From positions 1 to 52,361 of the forward strand of contig CAZPCV010000002.1 in NCBI GenBank assembly GCA_964585245.1: a stretch of DNA of 52,361 nt, in the 5' to 3' direction. How positions within the stretch are numbered: position 1 is the first letter of the stretch; the number at the start of each line of letters is the position of its first letter. The translations under genes were made by a program, and so were the position numbers. Positions 1 to 9,522 of the stretch are shown here, piece after piece. Origin of the DNA: an uncultured Gammaproteobacteria bacterium. Its GTDB lineage: Bacteria; Patescibacteriota; Patescibacteriia; Magasanikbacterales; GWA2-37-8. The notes below the pieces were generated by a model. It was not told where the DNA came from and made no database searches. It saw nothing but the letters and a program-made list of their open reading frames with translations.

Positions 1-162
1 TAATGTTACAAGAGAACAGACCAATTTACCAACTCGAAACTTTAATTAGCTCATATATAATTCATCCGAATGCATCGCGTGACACCAGAAGAAAAAAAAG
101 TTATTACAAAACCTGGCAGACCGAAACGACCTAAGAATACTTCTCCAAGCGAGGATAAATAA

Positions 163-1155
163 TTACTTTTTTGGATGTTTTTGATACCACTCAAAAGTGT
201 TTCTTAATCCTTGTTCAAGCTTGGTTTTTGGCTTCCAACCAACTAATTTACTAATTTTTTCAATGTTGGCCAGTCGCCGTTTGACGCTGCCAACTGGAGA
301 AGGTTTAATACCAGTTTTATTCGGCGTCCAACCAGCCACTTTAAATAATTCCTGAGCCAAATCGCCCATAGTAATTTCATCAGTATTGCCGATATGCACC
401 GTTTCGATTGGTTGCGAATTGGTTTTTTCTGAATTCATCAAAACCTCCATCGCTTCTACCGCATCATCAATATAACAAAAAGTTCTAGTTTCAACGGAGC
501 CAAAAATAGAAAAAGGATCTTCTCGTTTAATTATGCGCTGACACATCTCTGGGATGACATGATCGTACCCGGCGCGTGGCCCATAAAAATTATGGGGGCG
601 GACAATTACCGCCGGAAAATTGTAAACTTGCGCATAAAAAATCACAAACTGCTCACCTATTAATTTTGTGCCGGCATAAGTCCAGCGCGAATTATAGGTA
701 TCACTTATTACCAATGGCACATTTTCCGGAGTAGGAATCGGCAGTTGGTTAAAAGCTTCCAATGCCCCAGCATAAGCCTCGTTTGACGAAGTAAAACAAA
801 GTTTTGGTTTTTTTTCTAAATTTTTAATCCATTCCAAAATGTATACCAGCGAAAGGGTGTTAATGCGCAATACTTCCTGCGGCATTTTGTAGAACCACTT
901 GGTGCCGTTTACAGCGGCCAAATGATAAACCTGATCAAAATCAGTTTCTAAAGTTGAATAATAATTCAAATCAGTTAAATCCGCTTGTCTAAACTCAAGC
1001 CGTGAGTCATTCATCAACGCTAAAAAATCTTCATCTAATCGCCCTCTTTGTAAATTATCCACTGCTACCACTCTGCTTTCTTGATCAGACAATAATTTTT
1101 TTATTAAATGATAACCGATAAAACCAGCTCCGCCAGTCACAAGAATTTTTTTCAT
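163..1155 (-). CDS. NAD-dependent NDP-sugar epimerase/dehydratase (extended SDR)
   Basis: 330-aa ORF. Has the N-terminal Rossmann motif [12 protein letters not shown] and the catalytic YAGTK (YxxxK). It is the last gene of the long minus-strand glycan operon, 28 bp after the previous gene. Confidence 0.8.
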   Translation of the reverse strand: MKKILVTGGAGFIGYHLIKKLLSDQESRVVAVDNLQRGRLDEDFLALMNDSRLEFRQADLTDLNYYSTLETDFDQVYHLAAVNGTKWFYKMPQEVLRINTLSLVYILEWIKNLEKKPKLCFTSSNEAYAGALEAFNQLPIPTPENVPLVISDTYNSRWTYAGTKLIGEQFVIFYAQVYNFPAVIVRPHNFYGPRAGYDHVIPEMCQRIIKREDPFSIFGSVETRTFCYIDDAVEAMEVLMNSEKTNSQPIETVHIGNTDEITMGDLAQELFKVAGWTPNKTGIKPSPVGSVKRRLANIEKISKLVGWKPKTKLEQGLRNTFEWYQKHPKK

Positions 1156-1183
1156 AAAAAATGAAATTTAAAATATCTACAAA

Positions 1184-2842
1184 TTATTCTTCTTTCCTGA
1201 GCCACAACCACAAATCTTTCGCTGATTCCACTTGCGTCTGCACCACCTGTAAACCAGCTCGCTCGGCCAAGTCGCGTGCCCCGGCTTCACTTAGCGAAAC
1301 CCCATAAAACCAACGCCATTTATATATCTCTGGACCAGTACGTAACTGAATTTTAGCAATTCCACCCGGCTTAAGCACTCTTTCTATTTCCTTTAAATAC
1401 CCACTCACCAACACCGCACTTGGAAGAAATTTGAACACTTGATTAGAAAAAACTAAATCAACTGACTCATCTGGAAGTGGTAAATTTTGTCCATTTGTTT
1501 CTAGCCACGAAATATTCGCATGCTGCGACAAACGTTTTTGCCCAATAGAAATCATCACGGGAGAAATATCCACGGCATAAACTTCAGCGAAGTCACGTGA
1601 AAAATGCTCGGTTAACCGACCAACTCCTGGGCCAATGTGTGCTATTTTTTTGTCTGAATGTTGACCAAGCTCAGAGAGCAGCTTATCCTCCGACACCAAT
1701 GTTTTATAGTCCGCCTGACCCGTTTCTTTGAGTTCAAATTCATCGGCTTTACGTCCGCTTCTCGTATCTGGATTAACATAATAATACGGCTGATGCAGCG
1801 CAAAATTATTCCAACGTTCTTTAATATCGATCAATGATCGGTCGGTAATAAAGTTACGCTCCACAAACCGGCGTAGCGGTCGTAAGCTGGCCCGCAACTG
1901 GCGTACGCCGGATAACTGGTTAAACCAATGCCACGCCTTAACTGCCTGAACTGAAATATGGCGTGGCGCATTACTATAGTCCCAGGTAGAAAATATTTGC
2001 GGGAGTGTTTTGTATTTTTCTGATACCTTAATATGCAGCTCATTAGACTCGTATGCGCCCTTTAATAGAGGCACACTGCGACCAGCGGCCTCGGCCATAT
2101 GGCGAAAAGCCCGCATATCTTTGGGCAAACAATGGCCGCCAAAGCCTTGACCATAGCGCACATAACTTTTTTTCTCCAAAACAAAATCGATTACCTGCTC
2201 GATCTGTTCTCGCTCTTTAGGCGAAACCGGATCCATCATGCTGTCCCCAAACTCGTTCACAAAAGCAATCCGGACTGCATTCCAAATATTAGACAGATAT
2301 TTGATGTAAGCCGCCTGTTCCGGGGTACCAAAAAAGACTCGACAAGCTCGATTTTGCCATTCTTTAAAAAAATCAGGCATCCGATCTTGCTCAACCATAC
2401 GACTACCAACTACAAAATAATATGGGTTCAAACATTCTTCTACCGCTCGAATTTCATGCAAAAATTCTGGGACATAATAATCAAAAGACAGTTTATGCAA
2501 TGAAGTAGGAATAATTGTCGATCGAAGTACAACTTTTCCTTTCAACCCCTTAAGCTGTTCTAAAGCTTGTTCAATGAAAGTTATATCCTGAATTCCGTTT
2601 TCTGCTACTCTATCTCCTACACATACAATATATGTCGTTGTATCGGCGTCGATTTCTTTTAATGTTTTAAGTGATTTAATTTTTTCATACAATTCGTAAT
2701 ACTTATCGGCATAATGAAATTTCGGTACCACCACATCATAAAACACAACCTCGTATCCCATCCTGGTCAAAGCTAAGGCATTTGCCTGGCCCACCCAACC
2801 ATAACCAACAATCACAATTTTAGTCTTTATCTCTGTCGCCAT
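1184..2842 (-). CDS. Fusion protein: NDP-sugar dehydrogenase-like N-terminal part plus class I SAM-dependent methyltransferase C-terminal domain
   Basis: 552-aa ORF. N-terminal part has Rossmann VGYGWVG and the catalytic-Cys motif GFGGHCLPKD of the UDP-glucose/GDP-mannose dehydrogenase family. C-terminal ~160 aa has methyltransferase motif I IAHIGPGVGRLT, then VYAVDIS and LKPGG. Confidence 0.7.
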   Translation of the reverse strand: MATEIKTKIVIVGYGWVGQANALALTRMGYEVVFYDVVVPKFHYADKYYELYEKIKSLKTLKEIDADTTTYIVCVGDRVAENGIQDITFIEQALEQLKGLKGKVVLRSTIIPTSLHKLSFDYYVPEFLHEIRAVEECLNPYYFVVGSRMVEQDRMPDFFKEWQNRACRVFFGTPEQAAYIKYLSNIWNAVRIAFVNEFGDSMMDPVSPKEREQIEQVIDFVLEKKSYVRYGQGFGGHCLPKDMRAFRHMAEAAGRSVPLLKGAYESNELHIKVSEKYKTLPQIFSTWDYSNAPRHISVQAVKAWHWFNQLSGVRQLRASLRPLRRFVERNFITDRSLIDIKERWNNFALHQPYYYVNPDTRSGRKADEFELKETGQADYKTLVSEDKLLSELGQHSDKKIAHIGPGVGRLTEHFSRDFAEVYAVDISPVMISIGQKRLSQHANISWLETNGQNLPLPDESVDLVFSNQVFKFLPSAVLVSGYLKEIERVLKPGGIAKIQLRTGPEIYKWRWFYGVSLSEAGARDLAERAGLQVVQTQVESAKDLWLWLRKEE

Positions 2843-2853
2843 ATTAACAAACG

Positions 2854-4617
2854 TTATATTTTATATAAATGTTTTGATCCAAATTTACCGATATATTTTA
2901 AACTTTCAAACTGGTTTATCAAAGTCGTCGGAAATTCTTCCTCTCCCGTTATAAAATCAATACGATACTTTTTCAATTCGGACAAAAAATCCTTTTTCAA
3001 AAAATCACCATAACTTTTTTCTATTTTTTCAATCGGCTCAGCCAGCCAACTTTCATCTACCTTCATAAACAATTGTGGCCAAGTGGTATAAAACAAAGCT
3101 TTTAATTCACCCCGGTGCTCTTGCAAATAATGCGGCAACTCTTGCACGCTAATACCACGCAAACGTAAAAACACCAAATAATTATGATACAAGCGATCGA
3201 GTGGCACACGAGAAAAAGCATAGCCGCTGGCATAAACGTTACAATGAGTGAAGGCCGGAACCCAATTAACCAAGGCCTCCTCGTTTTCTCGAACTAGAAC
3301 CACACAATCCTTGGGAGCATTTTTATTGAGCCAGTCAAACAACGCCATATTTTGTTGCATAGCGGCAAACCTTGGCAAGGCATATCGGAAACTTAAAATA
3401 GTGAAGACTCCATAAATGACAGAAATCGACATCACCAACACTGCCAAAATCCAAGAAAATTTTAAAGAAATTTTTTTAAAATAATTTCCTAACAACAGCA
3501 TAAAAGTTACCATTGCGAGCGGAACGGCAAATTGCATCAGGTGCGGTGGCCACACCGTGCGACCGATAATAACTTGATAATTAAAAGTTAGCCAATTAGC
3601 ACCCACCAAAGCCAGACCAAACCACCACCAATCTTCTAATTTCGAACCACGCTTTTTTTGCTTATAAAATTCATAAATAAATATCGGCAAAAAAATTACT
3701 GTCTGTAGCAAAGTAACTTTATTTAAAATCGGAGCATGAGTTAATAACAATCCATTGCGCAAGGCGATAAATTTACCGTCCGCGGCCTGCAACGAACCAA
3801 ACCAGCTGATCCAAAAAGGTATACTGACAATTAAACTGGAAATAGCCGTCAAAGATAGTATCCAAACTGTTTTTATTTTTTTTCTAAAAAAGGAAATTAG
3901 CCAGACCATTCCGAGAAAAGCCCAGCCGGTTAGCCAACTAAACACATACCCAGGCATTATACCCAAAATCATTCCTGCTAAAATAGCCAAAAAACGCTTA
4001 TTTGTTTGTATTACCCTCGAAATTAAAATTAAAAATGTAAATAAAAACAATATCCCACTAATCGGATTTACTGGTCTAGTCCATAAACTTAGGTGTAAAA
4101 TATCGTCCTTTCCCTCTAAAATACGAAATAACGAAGAGTAATCGACAAAATCAAAACCGAGTGTAACTAATAAACCTCCCGCTACAGCCACCCACCGATT
4201 AAAATTAGTTCGTTCAGAAAGCTGAAAAAGAAATAAATAAACGAGAGTAAATAATAGAGCGGGAAATAAAAATTTTGCAAAAACAAAAAATGAAACCAAA
4301 TCAATTTTTGTTAATAAAACTGGAATGGCGTACAAATACTCCCCCACTGGAAATACCACTGGTAAATTTTTCTTGTACTCATACAAAAAAGGAGACCCGA
4401 CCAACCAATAACCCTCCAAAATATCGTTGATGCGGGACAAATAATATTCTTCGTTATCCTGAAACAACAAAGGGAAACCTTGATAGCTGGAACCTAACGA
4501 ATGCTTGGCTAACAAATGCGGGCCAATTGAAATAAACCCTACCAAACAAGCAAAAACATAAATCAAATAATTACGCTTTAAGTGCTCGGTTAAAGATTTT
4601 AAAAATTTAGACCACAT
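2854..4617 (-). CDS. Large polytopic membrane protein, probable GT-C-type (lipid-linked sugar dependent) glycosyltransferase; family not recognised
   Basis: 587-aa ORF with many hydrophobic helices and a soluble C-terminal domain of about 170 aa. It shares the loop motif YY-x-x-RI-x-[DE]-I-x-[ED]-G-x-[WY]-x-[VI]-G-x-P-[FY] with the 603-aa ORF at 11280-13091. Confidence 0.5.
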   Translation of the reverse strand: MWSKFLKSLTEHLKRNYLIYVFACLVGFISIGPHLLAKHSLGSSYQGFPLLFQDNEEYYLSRINDILEGYWLVGSPFLYEYKKNLPVVFPVGEYLYAIPVLLTKIDLVSFFVFAKFLFPALLFTLVYLFLFQLSERTNFNRWVAVAGGLLVTLGFDFVDYSSLFRILEGKDDILHLSLWTRPVNPISGILFLFTFLILISRVIQTNKRFLAILAGMILGIMPGYVFSWLTGWAFLGMVWLISFFRKKIKTVWILSLTAISSLIVSIPFWISWFGSLQAADGKFIALRNGLLLTHAPILNKVTLLQTVIFLPIFIYEFYKQKKRGSKLEDWWWFGLALVGANWLTFNYQVIIGRTVWPPHLMQFAVPLAMVTFMLLLGNYFKKISLKFSWILAVLVMSISVIYGVFTILSFRYALPRFAAMQQNMALFDWLNKNAPKDCVVLVRENEEALVNWVPAFTHCNVYASGYAFSRVPLDRLYHNYLVFLRLRGISVQELPHYLQEHRGELKALFYTTWPQLFMKVDESWLAEPIEKIEKSYGDFLKKDFLSELKKYRIDFITGEEEFPTTLINQFESLKYIGKFGSKHLYKI

Positions 4618-4626
4618 AACTATTTT

Positions 4627-5934
4627 TTAATTAGCAATAAAATCGTCAATGCTTTTTAAAATATAAGCCAGCATTTCTTCACTAAGGCCAGGATAAACTC
4701 CTATCCAAAAAGTACTGTTCATCACTAAATCCGTATTTGGCAAATTGCCAATTTTTCTATAGACAATCTTTCTTTCTACAAAGTAAGGCTGTTTTAACAA
4801 ATTACCGGCAAAAAGATACCGGGTACCAATTTTTCTTTTGTTCAAAAAATCAACAATAGCGTCTCGCTTAAATGGTGCTTCTGGTTTAATTGTAAGTAAA
4901 AATCCAAACCAACTAGGATCAGCCTGCTTTTGCCAGGAAGGTAGAATGAAAAACTTCTCGTATTTTTTTAAACCTGCGTATAACACTTCAAAATTGTGTT
5001 TTCTCTTTTCTATAAAATCTGGTAATTTTTCCAGCTGCGCCAAACCAATCGCGGCCTGAATATCCGTGACTTTTAGATTGTAACCCATTTCCGAGTAGGC
5101 ATATTTATGATCATAACCAAATGGCAAACCACCCAGCTGACATTGAAAACGTGTGCCGCATGTATTATCTTTACCGGTTTTACACCAACAGTCTCTCCCC
5201 CAATCACGCACCGATTTTATTATACGATAAAGTAATGGATCGTTAGTAAACACTGCGCCCCCCTCGCCCATTGTAATATGATGAGCCGGATAAAAACTAC
5301 AGGTAGAGATTTGACCAAAAGTACCAGTATATTTACCATTATACTTGGCACCAAGTGCATCGCAATTATCCTCGATTAACCAAAAATTATTTTTACTGCA
5401 AAGCTCGGTAATTTGTTCTAAATCAAAAGGATTGCCCAGAGTATGAGCAATCATAATTGCTCGCGTCTTCGGAGAAATAGCCTTTTTAAGTTCTTCAATT
5501 GAAATATTATAGTTACCAAATTCAATATCAACAAAAACCGGCACCAAATTATTTTGAATTATCGGATTGACGGTATTTGGGAATCCGGCAGCAACCGTAA
5601 TAACTTCATCACCAGGCTTCAATGCGCGCTCACCAAGTTTAACGGAAGTTAAAGCCGTAATGGCAGCTAAATTAGCCGAGGAACCAGAGTTAACCAAAAC
5701 TGAATAATTCACACCAATAAATTTACTTAATCTATTTTCAAACTTCGCGCTAAATCTACCATCTGTCCACCAGCCGTCTAGCACCGCGTCTACCGCCTCA
5801 ATTATTTCTTGTTCGTCAAAAACCTTTCCAGATACCGGCACCACGGATTCACCAGGAATAAATTTTTTAACCGGAAAACGTTGTTGATATTGTTTTACTA
5901 ATTCTTGACGAAAACTCTCTTCCATAATCAACAA
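4627..5934 (-). CDS. rfbH: CDP-4-keto-6-deoxy-D-glucose 3-dehydrase (E1, RfbH/DdhC), PMP- and [2Fe-2S]-dependent
   Basis: 435-aa ORF with long stretches matching my recollection of Salmonella/Yersinia RfbH: SGSSANL, ALKPGDEVITVAAGFPNTVNP, FYPAHHITMGEGGAVFT, RDWGRDCWC, LPFGYDHKYAYSEMGYNLKVTD, DPSWFGF, FWIGVYPGL. His replaces the aminotransferase Lys (YPAHH). The cluster-binding spacing C-X57-C-X1-C-X7-C was counted directly. Confidence 0.88.
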   Translation of the reverse strand: MLIMEESFRQELVKQYQQRFPVKKFIPGESVVPVSGKVFDEQEIIEAVDAVLDGWWTDGRFSAKFENRLSKFIGVNYSVLVNSGSSANLAAITALTSVKLGERALKPGDEVITVAAGFPNTVNPIIQNNLVPVFVDIEFGNYNISIEELKKAISPKTRAIMIAHTLGNPFDLEQITELCSKNNFWLIEDNCDALGAKYNGKYTGTFGQISTCSFYPAHHITMGEGGAVFTNDPLLYRIIKSVRDWGRDCWCKTGKDNTCGTRFQCQLGGLPFGYDHKYAYSEMGYNLKVTDIQAAIGLAQLEKLPDFIEKRKHNFEVLYAGLKKYEKFFILPSWQKQADPSWFGFLLTIKPEAPFKRDAIVDFLNKRKIGTRYLFAGNLLKQPYFVERKIVYRKIGNLPNTDLVMNSTFWIGVYPGLSEEMLAYILKSIDDFIAN

Positions 5935-5941
5935 ATAATAT

Positions 5942-6880
5942 TTAAAAATTTATCCTTTCTTTTTCAATTACCAGCGGACGTTGTTTTACCTGGGTATAAA
6001 TTGCCCCGATATATTCACCCAAAATTCCTATAAAAAATAGCTGCACCGAGGCAAAGAAAAACATACCAATTATAAGAGGTGCTAAACCAACCTCGAATCT
6101 ATTCCAAAACAATAGCTTATAAACAAAATATATTACCGCAACCAACATACTTACCAAAGACATCCCAAAACCTATAAAACTGGCCAAACGAAGCGGTATT
6201 TTAGAATGATTAACAAATCCAAGCATGGCCAGATCATATAACGAATAAAAATTATTGCTGGTTTTCCCATTTTTTCTAACTGGTTGTATATATGTAATTT
6301 CAGCGCGATTAAAACCAAGTTCGGTTATCAAGCCCCTAAAATAGGGGTATGGCTCTTTTAAGGTACGCAAAATTTCTATAAATTTCTGATCATACAATCC
6401 AAAACCGGTAAAATTTTTAATTTGTTCAATATCAGAAAATTTTTTAATTAAATTATAATACAGTTTCCTAACATTAAACATCAATTTATTTTCTTCGCTT
6501 TTATTTTTTACAGCTACTACAATCATACTGCCTTCTTCCCATTTATTAAGCAAGTCTTTGATAAGAAGCGGCGGATCCTGTAAATCTGCTACCAGCAAAA
6601 TCGCCGCGTCTCCAGAGGCCTGCTGCAAGCCATAATATGGCGATCGCAAGTGGCCAAAATTGCGAATATTTATGATTATTTTTACATTTTTATCTACCTT
6701 AGCGATCCGTTTTAATACTTCCACCGTTCTATCAGTTGAAGCATTATCGATAAAAATATGTTCGTAACGATAACCCGGAAGCTCCCCCATTACTTGCCTG
6801 ACTTGATTATACAACTCTTCGACATTCAGTTCTTCGTTATAACAAGGAGTAACAATGCTGATAAATTTTTTTGACTCCAT
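5942..6880 (-). CDS. GT2 polyprenyl-phosphate sugar transferase (ArnC/GtrB-like) with C-terminal membrane helices
   Basis: 312-aa ORF. Has the GT-A signature IVTPCYNEE, IFIDNASTDRT and DLQDPP, plus two C-terminal hydrophobic helices as in ArnC/GtrB-type enzymes. Confidence 0.8.
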   Translation of the reverse strand: MESKKFISIVTPCYNEELNVEELYNQVRQVMGELPGYRYEHIFIDNASTDRTVEVLKRIAKVDKNVKIIINIRNFGHLRSPYYGLQQASGDAAILLVADLQDPPLLIKDLLNKWEEGSMIVVAVKNKSEENKLMFNVRKLYYNLIKKFSDIEQIKNFTGFGLYDQKFIEILRTLKEPYPYFRGLITELGFNRAEITYIQPVRKNGKTSNNFYSLYDLAMLGFVNHSKIPLRLASFIGFGMSLVSMLVAVIYFVYKLLFWNRFEVGLAPLIIGMFFFASVQLFFIGILGEYIGAIYTQVKQRPLVIEKERINF

Positions 6881-6881
6881 A

Positions 6882-7772
6882 TTATTTTATGGTTAAAAAC
6901 ATCTCTTTATTAAGAGTCGGCATAATCTTTTTGTAATACTCAACCAGACTGTCTACCGCCGTATCAAATGAAGTAAATTGAAAATTAGTATATTTCAAAT
7001 ATTTTTTGAGCTTGGTTATATTTGCCGAATATTCATTGGCCAGACCTGCTTGCCTGATAGTAATTGAAAGTTTTTTGTTAAGCTTGGCTAAGATTTTCTC
7101 TGCGATTGAATATGTTTCTACTGGTTCGCCGCTGCCAACATTCAAAAATATTTCCTTAGGCGGATAATCTATAATTTTTTCTAACAATTTTACCAAGTCA
7201 TCAATAAATAAAAAATCAAAACGCACATTTTTATTTATTTGAATAGGCAGATCAAACAAAGCCATGCAAATCACATTGGAAATAAAACGAGTTTCGTAGT
7301 CCTCGTATTTTCCAAACACTCCGAAAAGCCGAATATGTGTTATATAATCTACTCGTTCGGCATACTTGGCGCAGACATATTTATAAAACCCATATTCATC
7401 GATTGGCACCTGCTTGTCAAACTCTCGTTCATCAACTCTCACCAAAGCACGGCTTTTGCCATACTCAGCACCAGACCCAAGCATGATCATTTTCTTAAAA
7501 AAAGATTTAGCTCTAATTATATTAAAAAATATTTTGAGATTAGTAACAGCGACACTGGCGGTCTGATTTTTTCGACTAACTCCAACCGCAGCCGCATTTA
7601 TCACTACATCGACCGGATTTTTTTCCAAGTAAGAATATACGGCCTCCGCATTAATTAAATCTAACTCACCATGGGTTGGAGCCAAAATAACATAACGATT
7701 GCCAAGTTGTTCTAGGATATTTTTTCCAATAAATCCACTACCGCCTGTTAGAAATATTTTTATTTTCTCCAT
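6882..7772 (-). CDS. SDR-family NDP-sugar reductase/epimerase; candidate CDP-3,6-dideoxyhexose 4-ketoreductase (RfbS/RfbJ-like)
   Basis: 296-aa ORF with Rossmann motif LTGGSGFIGKNI. DFLFIDDL and NVGSGEP resemble my recollection of RfbS. It sits in the rfbF/G/H context. The specific activity is inferred. Confidence 0.65.
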   Translation of the reverse strand: MEKIKIFLTGGSGFIGKNILEQLGNRYVILAPTHGELDLINAEAVYSYLEKNPVDVVINAAAVGVSRKNQTASVAVTNLKIFFNIIRAKSFFKKMIMLGSGAEYGKSRALVRVDEREFDKQVPIDEYGFYKYVCAKYAERVDYITHIRLFGVFGKYEDYETRFISNVICMALFDLPIQINKNVRFDFLFIDDLVKLLEKIIDYPPKEIFLNVGSGEPVETYSIAEKILAKLNKKLSITIRQAGLANEYSANITKLKKYLKYTNFQFTSFDTAVDSLVEYYKKIMPTLNKEMFLTIK

Positions 7773-8677
7773 AAATTTTTAACTACTTCAACTATCTGCT
7801 GCGCCGAAATACCAGCGCTGTCCCGCAAAAATTCCTGTTTACCAACAAACGGCATATAGGTATCTTTTACCCCTAAAATTTGAAATGGAACCGAAATGCC
7901 TGATTGAGCAACCACTTCCGAAATAGCCGAACCAAGCCCTCCAAAAATAGTGTGCTCCTCCAAACTTACAACCACTTTTCTAGTACGGACACGGTCAATA
8001 ATTATTTCTTTATCCAGAGGCTTTAAAGTGTGCATATGGATAATTTCAACTGAAATGCCGGCGGTTTCTAGCTCTGCGGCAGCGACAAAAGCATTGTCCG
8101 TAATAGCACCAACGGCAAAAATTGTAACTTCCGCACCATTTTTTAATACCGATCCTTTACCTAATACAGGGCGACAACCTTGAGTTATTTCCTTTTCACC
8201 ACCCCTATTTAAACGAAGATAATATGGCCCGCTTGAATCCAAAATTTGACTTATGAGCATAGACGCCTCTACCGCATCGGCTGGAGCCACTACTTTCATA
8301 TTTGGCAAAGAACGCATCAAAGCCATGTCCTCTAAGCCATAATGAGTGGTGCCATGTGTACCATAGGCAAATCCCCCGCCAATTCCGATAATGTTTACAT
8401 CCAAATTTTGATAACAAACATCGTTTCTAATCTGCTCGAAGCACCGCATGGTAGCAAATGGCACAATGCTATATACAAATACTTTTTTCCCAGACATGGC
8501 CAGCCCGGCAGCCACACCAATCATATTCTGCTCCGCGATACCAGTATTTATAATTTGGTCTGGTAATTCTTCAACAAATTTTTCTATAACCGAAAAACCC
8601 AAATCTCCAGTCAAAAAAAATATATTTTTATTTTTTCTAGCAGCTTCGTGAATACTGTTTACCGCAACATTTCTCAT
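7760..8677 (-). CDS. Transketolase family, C-terminal (pyrimidine-binding/C-terminal domain) subunit
   Basis: 305-aa ORF. TGIAEQNMIGVAAGLAMSGKKVFVYS is typical of the transketolase Pyr domain. Overlaps the downstream gene by 13 nt and the upstream partner by 4 nt. Confidence 0.85.
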   Translation of the reverse strand: MRNVAVNSIHEAARKNKNIFFLTGDLGFSVIEKFVEELPDQIINTGIAEQNMIGVAAGLAMSGKKVFVYSIVPFATMRCFEQIRNDVCYQNLDVNIIGIGGGFAYGTHGTTHYGLEDMALMRSLPNMKVVAPADAVEASMLISQILDSSGPYYLRLNRGGEKEITQGCRPVLGKGSVLKNGAEVTIFAVGAITDNAFVAAAELETAGISVEIIHMHTLKPLDKEIIIDRVRTRKVVVSLEEHTIFGGLGSAISEVVAQSGISVPFQILGVKDTYMPFVGKQEFLRDSAGISAQQIVEVVKNLWRK

Positions 8678-9495
8678 AGCTCTATTTCCAATAATGCATT
8701 TTTAAACTGCTCTTCATTTGGTGACTTATAGTGCCAATCCAATGAATCTTCCATCCAAGACACCCCTTTGCCTTTAACCGTATTAGCAATTAAAGTGAAG
8801 GGCTTGTCAGTATTTCGAGCGCGACTATAGGCCAATACACTCAATAATTCCGAATAATCATGGCCATTTACTTCGGCCACCTCCCAACCAAAAGCCTCCC
8901 ATCTTTTCCGCAAATCTTTTTTCATAATACTATCTGTGTACCCAAGTCCCTGTTGATTATTACAATCAATAATCGCTGTAATTTTGCTTAATTTAAACTG
9001 GCTACAAAAAGCGGCTGATTCCCACACAGATCCTTCGTCACACTCACCGTCTCCTAAAAGACAACAAAACCAACGATTGTTACCTTTATTGGCCAATGCC
9101 ATGCCCGCAAGCATGGGCAGCCCATGACCAAGAGAGCCAGAAGTTGCTTCGATGCCTGGCAAAGCATTTTTTATTACATGCCCTGCAATACTAGCTCCAT
9201 TTTCACAAAAATCATTTAACATTTTTTTGGGAAAAAAATTGCGTGAAGCCAAGCAAACATACAGAGCAGCGGCGGCATGGCCTTTACTTAAAATAAAAAT
9301 GTCACGATTGTGATCGGCTGGAGAAGGAATCGATAAAACTGAATGATAAAGCACTGTGAGAATATCAACAATACTAAAACAAGAGCCAACGTGAGAACTC
9401 TTCGTTCTATAAACCATTTCAAGGATTCCTTTTCGGATTAATCTTGCCTCTTCTGCCAAACCTAAAAAGTTTGTTTTTTTTACAAAAGTGCTCAT
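8674..9495 (-). CDS. Transketolase family, N-terminal thiamine-diphosphate-binding subunit
   Basis: 273-aa ORF with GHVGSCFS, SKGHAAAALY, GSLGHGLP and the ThDP/Mg motif LLGDGECDEGSVWE. A 4-nt overlap (ATGA type) links it to the C-terminal subunit gene. Confidence 0.85.
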   Translation of the reverse strand: MSTFVKKTNFLGLAEEARLIRKGILEMVYRTKSSHVGSCFSIVDILTVLYHSVLSIPSPADHNRDIFILSKGHAAAALYVCLASRNFFPKKMLNDFCENGASIAGHVIKNALPGIEATSGSLGHGLPMLAGMALANKGNNRWFCCLLGDGECDEGSVWESAAFCSQFKLSKITAIIDCNNQQGLGYTDSIMKKDLRKRWEAFGWEVAEVNGHDYSELLSVLAYSRARNTDKPFTLIANTVKGKGVSWMEDSLDWHYKSPNEEQFKNALLEIEL

Positions 9496-9522
9496 AATTT
9501 TAAAAGAAAAACAAACGAACGG

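Noticed and set aside
70-162. 30-aa Lys/Arg/Pro-rich ORF (MHRVTPEEKKVITKPGRPKRPKNTSPSEDK) at the window start
   Set aside because: It is too short, has no RBS, and shows no recognisable family. It could equally be the remnant or 3' end of something upstream. Not supported as a gene.
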